Below are positions 58,583 to 64,000 of a DNA stretch of 64,000 nucleotides, piece after piece. The stretch spans positions 62,490 through 126,489 of the forward strand of contig JAHALQ010000005.1 in assembly GCA_018362935.1 (NCBI GenBank). Direction: 5' to 3'. Origin of the DNA: Pseudomonadota bacterium. Lineage in GTDB: Bacteria > Pseudomonadota > Alphaproteobacteria > RF32 > CAG-239. A program made the position numbers and the translations under genes. Under the pieces are notes generated by a model, which was given only the letters and a program-made list of their open reading frames with translations, searched no databases and had not been told where the DNA came from. The first letter of the stretch is position 1. Each line of letters opens with the position of its first letter.

Positions 58583-60388
58583 TTAATTATGGAAGTAGTT
58601 AAAGATTTTTTCCGCCGTTTTTTTACTGATTCCGGCAACTTTTTGCAAATCTTTCACCGATGCCTGCGCCACTTCTTCCGCCGAACCGAAATAATTAAGC
58701 AAATCGCGCTTTCTTTTGGCGCCGATTCCTTCGACTTCGTCAAGGGAAGATTTAAAAATAGACTTGCCGCGTTTTTTGCGGTGCGTCCCGATTGCGAAAC
58801 GGTGCGCCTCGTCGCGCAGATTTTGCAGATAAAAAGCCAGCGGCGACTGAAATTCCAAAGCAAAGCTTTCTTTGCCCTGCATATGGTAAAACTCTTTGCC
58901 GGCATTGCGCTCCGGGCCTTTGGAAATAGCGATAATCGCAATTCCGGACAAATCAAATTCCGCCAGCGCTTCATGCACGGCATTAAGCTGCCCGCGGCCG
59001 CCGTCAAGCAGTATGACATCCGGCTTGTTTTCCGGCGCCATCCGATTAAACCGACGCAGCAGCACCTCTTTCATCATCGCAAAATCGTCATTGGTAATAT
59101 CCGGGTTTTTTATATTAAAAGTGCGATAGTTTTTCTTGTCAAAGCCTTCCGGCGTAGCCACCACCATGGCGCCGATGGCATAACTGCCCTGAATATGCGA
59201 GTTATCGTAAATTTCTATCCGCCGCGGAATATCCGGCAGCCCGAAACGCTCCTTAAAGGCCTGCAGATTATTGTCAACGCTGGCCATAAGCGCCGCCTTG
59301 CGCGCGATAGAGGCCATCGCGTTTTCGTGCGCCATATTCACCAGTTTGGCTTTGTTGCCCTTGCGCGCGCAGACGATTTTAGCCCCCACCGCCTCGCTCA
59401 GAAAATCCGCGTTTTCAAGCTCCGCATCAACAATAATTTCTTTGGGCGGCACATGCCCGGTATAAAAGCTGCTGATAAAGGCTTCAAGGACTTCGCCGTC
59501 AGAAGCGTCTTCAACCTGTGCCGGAAAGAAAGGCGCATTGCCGCAGTTCTGTCCGCATCTGATAAAAAAGATTTGAATGCAAACCAGATTTTTGTCACGT
59601 GCCAATGCAATCACATCGGCGGATTTTATACCGGCATATTCGACATTCTGCCGCGATTGTACGGTTGTCAGCGCGCGGATGCGGTCCCGCAGGACAATTG
59701 CCGTTTCATAGTCCTCGCGGGCGCTGGCTTCATTCATGGCGGCCGACAAATCATCCTGAATTTTGCTGTTTTTGCCTTCCAGAAACGCAACCGCTTCTCT
59801 GACCAGCTGCCGATAATCCTCGACCGAGATTTTCGCGACACACGGCGCCGAACAGCGCTTGATTTGATATTGCAGGCACGGCCGCTGGCGGTTATGAAAA
59901 ACCGTATCCGAACACGACCGCAGCAAAAAAGCCTTCTGTACAACGTCAATAACGCTGTTGACGGCGCCGACACTGGCAAACGGCCCGAAATACTTGTTTC
60001 TGTCACGCCTCTGCCCGCGGTATTTGCGCAGGCACGGATACGCCGCCTGCATGTCTATCATCAGATGCGGAAATGTTTTGTCGTCTTTGAGCAGAATATT
60101 ATAACGCGGTTTAAATTTTTTTATCAGCTCGTTTTCGACCAGCAGCGCCCGCGCCTCATTTTCAACAATGATAAACTCCATGCGCGCGATCTGCGCCACC
60201 ATCTGCTGCAAACGCACCGGCAGTTTGTCGATATGCGAATAAGCGACAATCCTTTTTTTAATGTTTTTGGCCTTGCCGACATATAAAACTTCGTCATACT
60301 CGCTGATCATCCGGTAGACGCCCGGATTGTCGGGAGCAATTTGAATATGCCGTTTCAGATTTTCCAGACCTTTCTGAATATCATACAA
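58583..60388 (-). CDS. uvrC: excinuclease ABC subunit C
   Basis: GIY-YIG domain (GVYRM..YVGKAKN), UvrBC region, RNase H-like and HhH domains. Confidence 0.9.
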   Translation of the reverse strand: MYDIQKGLENLKRHIQIAPDNPGVYRMISEYDEVLYVGKAKNIKKRIVAYSHIDKLPVRLQQMVAQIARMEFIIVENEARALLVENELIKKFKPRYNILLKDDKTFPHLMIDMQAAYPCLRKYRGQRRDRNKYFGPFASVGAVNSVIDVVQKAFLLRSCSDTVFHNRQRPCLQYQIKRCSAPCVAKISVEDYRQLVREAVAFLEGKNSKIQDDLSAAMNEASAREDYETAIVLRDRIRALTTVQSRQNVEYAGIKSADVIALARDKNLVCIQIFFIRCGQNCGNAPFFPAQVEDASDGEVLEAFISSFYTGHVPPKEIIVDAELENADFLSEAVGAKIVCARKGNKAKLVNMAHENAMASIARKAALMASVDNNLQAFKERFGLPDIPRRIEIYDNSHIQGSYAIGAMVVATPEGFDKKNYRTFNIKNPDITNDDFAMMKEVLLRRFNRMAPENKPDVILLDGGRGQLNAVHEALAEFDLSGIAIIAISKGPERNAGKEFYHMQGKESFALEFQSPLAFYLQNLRDEAHRFAIGTHRKKRGKSIFKSSLDEVEGIGAKRKRDLLNYFGSAEEVAQASVKDLQKVAGISKKTAEKIFNYFHN

Positions 60389-60401
60389 TTTTATTGTTCT
60401 C

Positions 60402-61364
60402 CTACATCAGAACCAGTCCGCCGCGGTTAATCAAAACCTGCGCATACATATAAGCTATAAAGCATGCCAGCATAAACAAGCCTTCCAGGCGGGTAATTTT
60501 ATTTTTAAACATCATAATCGGCAGCAGCATAAACGAAGCGAACATCATTACCCAGACGTCAAACAGAATAAACTGGTCGGCAACCTGAACATCGGTAATC
60601 ACGGTGGTCGCCCCCATCACAAACACGATATTCCAGATATTCGAGCCGATAACATTACCCAGCGCAATCCCGTTCTGCCGGCGGAAAGCTGCTACGCAGC
60701 TGGTTGCCAGTTCCGGCGCCGATGTGCCGACTGCAACGATGGTAACGCCGATAATTTCTTCCGACACGCCGAAAATGCGCGCCACATCGACCGCGCCGCC
60801 GACCAAAAATTCCGCGCCGTAGGCAATAGCGGCCAAACCGCCGCCCAAAGCCGCCAAAATCATCCACCAGCTGCTGTTGACAAGCTGTGACGGAATTTCG
60901 TCTTCGGGGTTCTCATCCTTTTGCGCGCCGAAATAATTATAAATAAGAAACACTGCCAGAAAGCCCAGCAGCACCCAGCCATTCCAATTAATAAATTTGC
61001 CGTTGACGACAAAAAAAGCAAAGAGCAGCGTCACCACAAACAAAAAAGAAAAATCGCGGTAAAAGGCCTTGCCGTCGCAGCTGATTGGATAAATCACCGC
61101 CGAGGCGCCGAGCACCAGCAGCACATTGGCAATGTTTGAACCGATGACATTGCCGACGGATATGCCCGCATTGCCGTTCAGCGCCGATTTAATACTGACC
61201 ACAAATTCGGGCACCGATGTTCCGAGCGCGACAATCGTCAAACCGATAATCAGGCTCGGAATATGCAGGCGGTTGGCAATCGCCACCGCGCCGCGCACCG
61301 CATATTCGGCGCCGGCCATTAACATCACAAAACCCAACACGATATACAAAGCGGGCATAATCAT
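60402..61364 (-). CDS. Ca2+/Na+ antiporter, CaCA family (YrbG-like)
   Basis: Two alpha-repeat GxSxPE motifs (GTSVPEF, GTSAPEL). Confidence 0.8.
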   Translation of the reverse strand: MIMPALYIVLGFVMLMAGAEYAVRGAVAIANRLHIPSLIIGLTIVALGTSVPEFVVSIKSALNGNAGISVGNVIGSNIANVLLVLGASAVIYPISCDGKAFYRDFSFLFVVTLLFAFFVVNGKFINWNGWVLLGFLAVFLIYNYFGAQKDENPEDEIPSQLVNSSWWMILAALGGGLAAIAYGAEFLVGGAVDVARIFGVSEEIIGVTIVAVGTSAPELATSCVAAFRRQNGIALGNVIGSNIWNIVFVMGATTVITDVQVADQFILFDVWVMMFASFMLLPIMMFKNKITRLEGLFMLACFIAYMYAQVLINRGGLVLM

Positions 61365-61466
61365 TATAAAATCCTTTCACAACAAGAAACTGCAACCACT
61401 ATAAACGAAACGCAAAAAAACTCCAGAGTTTTTACACTCCGGAGCCTTTCTGCGGAAAACGCCGTG

Positions 61467-61739
61467 TCATTTAAAACCGCGTTTCCGGCATTCGTCTTCA
61501 AGCAATTCCAGCATTTCATAAAATAAAGTGGGAATACCGACGTTCTGCATGGAGCAGACTTTGTCATACTCGCCCCAGACATAGACCAGTTTCTCGTGCG
61601 GCCATTCGGATATCTGCTTGCGCAGGTCATCCATGTCTTTCTGATGCTTTTTCTCTCGCTGAATGGCATTTCTAAAGGCGATAAAAGCCAAAACCACAAC
61701 AGCCGAAATTGCGATAAATAATAATACGTTCTCGTTCAT
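61467..61739 (-). CDS. hypothetical single-transmembrane protein (90 aa)
   Basis: Start at MNENVLLFIA...; weak terminator downstream. Confidence 0.3.
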   Translation of the reverse strand: MNENVLLFIAISAVVVLAFIAFRNAIQREKKHQKDMDDLRKQISEWPHEKLVYVWGEYDKVCSMQNVGIPTLFYEMLELLEDECRKRGFK

Positions 61740-61903
61740 GGCGCTATATATTAAAGGGTTTGTAATTTCTAAGTAATTAATAGCAATTGCAAGCATAGCG
61801 TATTTTTGTCCAAAATCAACAAAATTGTCCAAATACTTTCGAACAGGTTTAAAAAATACCACGCCGGCATTATCTTTTTTATATAAACATAAGGAGAAAA
61901 AAC

Positions 61904-62161
61904 ATGCTTTTGGAAAGAAAACCCTGCGGCTTCCAGACCATCGGCTTTACCCCGTATCCCGATGATGACGACGACAAGAATTTTCATATCGGCGATGTCG
62001 AGAAAAACGTCCTGACCGATTCTCTGCCCGAACGCGACGACAAAAGAACTTTTGAAGCCGATATGTATAACTTCGGCGATGAAGATGACCTGCCGGACAG
62101 CGACCGGATTATGGAATGCCAGACAAAAGGTATCAGCCAGGAAAAATGCCTGGACATCTAA
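61904..62161 (+). CDS. hypothetical small acidic protein
   Basis: AAGGAGAAAAAAC RBS; followed by a terminator. Confidence 0.35.
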   Translation: MLLERKPCGFQTIGFTPYPDDDDDKNFHIGDVEKNVLTDSLPERDDKRTFEADMYNFGDEDDLPDSDRIMECQTKGISQEKCLDI

Positions 62162-62162
62162 C

Positions 62163-62196
62163 AAAAAACTCCCGGTTTCCCGGGAGTTTTTGTTTC
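62163..62196. terminator. bidirectional intrinsic terminator downstream of rpoC
   Basis: AAAAAACTCCCGG-tttc-CCGGGAGTTTTTGTTT. Confidence 0.55.
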
Positions 62197-62222
62197 AACT
62201 TAGAGAGCTGTATAATCAGCAT

Positions 62223-64000
62223 TTATTCAGCGGGAGTTTCCTCTGCCGGTTGGTGCTGAATTTCAGCGGCGGCCTCTTCTTTGAGCGCCTGTATCTCTTT
62301 GTCATTCTGAGCGGCAACACGCTTCAGGGCACGCAGGACGTTACCGGTACCGGCCGGAATCAGGCGGCCGACGATAACGTTTTCTTTGAGCCCTTTGAGG
62401 CTGTCAACCTTGCCCTCGACGGCAGCTTCGGTCAGAACACGGGTTGTTTCCTGGAACGAAGCGGCAGAGATGAAGGACTTGGTCTGCAGAGAAGCCTTGG
62501 TAATACCGAGCAAAATCGGATCGGCAACTGCCGGATTCTCGCCGTTGGCAATCGCTTTGGCATTTTCGGCCTCAAACACGTCGCGGTCAACCTGCTCGCC
62601 GACCAGGAAGGTTGTGTCGCCCGGCTGGGTAATCTCAACCTTGCGCAGCATCTGCGATACAATAACCTCGATGTGCTTGTCGTTAATCTTAACGCCTTGC
62701 AGACGGTAAACGTCCTGAACTTCCTTAACCAAATATTCAGCCAGTTTCTCAACGCCCAAGACGCGCAGGATATCGTGCGGAGCCGGCGTGCCTTCAACCA
62801 GCATGTCGCCCTTCTTCACCATATCGCCGTCCTGAACCGCCAAGTGGCGTCCTTTCGGAATCAGGTATTCAATCGGCTGGCCTTTGGCCGGAACGACCGA
62901 AATACGCTGTTTGGCTTTGTAATCTTTGCCAAACTCGACCATACCGTCAATATCGGAGATAATTGCCGGATCTTTCGGGCGGCGGGCTTCAAACAGCTCG
63001 GCAACGCGCGGCAGACCGCCGGTAATATCCTTGGTCTTGGAGCTTTCTCTCGGAATTCTTGCGATAACGTCGCCGACTTTGACTTCGTCACCGTTGTCAA
63101 CCGACAGAATGGCATCAGCCGACATATAATAACGAATTTCCTTGCCGTTATCATAAGTAATCGGTTTGCCTTTGGCGTCTTTGAGAATAATGCTCGGTTT
63201 CAGACCGGCACTGGCAGAGCTTGAACGCCAGTCGATAACCGTTTTGGAAACGATACCGGTGGTTTCGTCCGTGGTTTCGCGAACCGATACATTGTTAATC
63301 AAATCAACCAGTTCAACCTTACCGGCTTTTTCGGTAATGACCGGAATGGTAAACGGATCCCACTCGGCAACCTTCTGGCCTTTCTTGACCTTGGCTCCTT
63401 CGGCGACCAAAATCTTCGTGCCGTACGGAACATGGTGGCGCGATTTCTCGCGGTCGTTGGCATCAACAATGACAATTTCGCAGTTGCGCGACAAGACAAT
63501 GCCGTTGCCTTCCGAGTTAATGACCATATGGTTGTTCTCGAGCTTCAGGATACCGGCGAACGGAACTTCGACCGAAGCCTGTTCGGCGCCTTTCTGAGCT
63601 GCACCGCCGATGTGGAACGTTCTCATCGTCAGCTGGGTACCCGGTTCGCCGATGGACTGGGCGGCAATAACGCCGACAGCCTCGCCGACATTAACCGGCG
63701 TACCGCGGGCCAGGTCGCGGCCGTAGCAGGCGGCGCAGACACCGTCTTTGGTTTCGCAGGTCAGTACCGAACGGATTTTAACCTGTTCGACACCGGCGGC
63801 TTCGACAACTTCAACGTCGTTTTCATCAATCAGCTTGCCTTTGCAGACCAGAATTTCACCGGTTTCAGGATGGACAATGTCTTCCTGAATGGTGCGGCCG
63901 AGGATTCTTTCGCCGATTGAAACGATAACGTTGCCGCCGTCAACAACCGGACGGACAATAATGCCGCGTTCGGTGCCGCAGTTGGTTTCGTTGATGACAA
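62223..64000 (-). CDS. rpoC: DNA-directed RNA polymerase subunit beta' (3' portion; continues beyond the window)
   Basis: [23 protein letters not shown] trigger-loop region; the frame stays open upstream of the track ORF's internal Met to position 64000. Confidence 0.95.
   Translation of the reverse strand, partial: VINETNCGTERGIIVRPVVDGGNVIVSIGERILGRTIQEDIVHPETGEILVCKGKLIDENDVEVVEAAGVEQVKIRSVLTCETKDGVCAACYGRDLARGTPVNVGEAVGVIAAQSIGEPGTQLTMRTFHIGGAAQKGAEQASVEVPFAGILKLENNHMVINSEGNGIVLSRNCEIVIVDANDREKSRHHVPYGTKILVAEGAKVKKGQKVAEWDPFTIPVITEKAGKVELVDLINNVSVRETTDETTGIVSKTVIDWRSSSASAGLKPSIILKDAKGKPITYDNGKEIRYYMSADAILSVDNGDEVKVGDVIARIPRESSKTKDITGGLPRVAELFEARRPKDPAIISDIDGMVEFGKDYKAKQRISVVPAKGQPIEYLIPKGRHLAVQDGDMVKKGDMLVEGTPAPHDILRVLGVEKLAEYLVKEVQDVYRLQGVKINDKHIEVIVSQMLRKVEITQPGDTTFLVGEQVDRDVFEAENAKAIANGENPAVADPILLGITKASLQTKSFISAASFQETTRVLTEAAVEGKVDSLKGLKENVIVGRLIPAGTGNVLRALKRVAAQNDKEIQALKEEAAAEIQHQPAEETPAE

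Overview
This is a 64 kb chromosomal window of about 50% GC. It is densely coding, with no rRNA or tRNA genes, no CRISPR array and no transposase. Gene content points to an alphaproteobacterium: an ATP12 chaperone, a DUF465 protein, CarD/CdnL, ApaG, tight operons, and possibly a reduced or host-associated genome.

Housekeeping genes present are mutY, mrdB/rodA, mrdA, mreD, mreC, mreB, miaA, ddl, a U32 peptidase, acyP, an asmA-family gene, rluC, crcB, rarA, truA, recX, hslO, apaG, glmM, ftsH, a dsbA-like gene, a phoU-like gene plus pit, rlmH, rsfS, obg, rpmA, rplU, a thermonuclease, an envZ/ompR-like two-component pair, pgsA, uvrC, a Ca/Na antiporter, and the 3' part of rpoC.

The main things that stand out are:
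- A five-gene minus-strand operon (1882-6888) encodes a putative H2-sensing [FeFe] hydrogenase HydS, a PP2C phosphatase, two thioredoxin-like [2Fe-2S] ferredoxins and a catalytic-type [FeFe] hydrogenase. It faces a tandem pair of degenerate GGDEF-EAL paralogs.
- An orphan TraD/TrwB/DotL-type type IV coupling protein sits with a pentapeptide-repeat protein at the head of a housekeeping operon.
- A roughly 600 bp module (promoter, a ~170 nt structured RNA candidate with terminator, a small XRE-family regulator, then a complex palindromic terminator) occurs twice. The second copy carries a 5'-deleted regulator remnant.
- The palindromic terminator family has three members that show compensatory stem mutations.
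- mrdA (PBP2) has an apparent 1-nt frameshift after its membrane anchor.
- A 475-aa extremely acidic protein is co-operonic with the envZ/ompR-like pair.
- Several cysteine-rich secreted proteins of unknown function are present.
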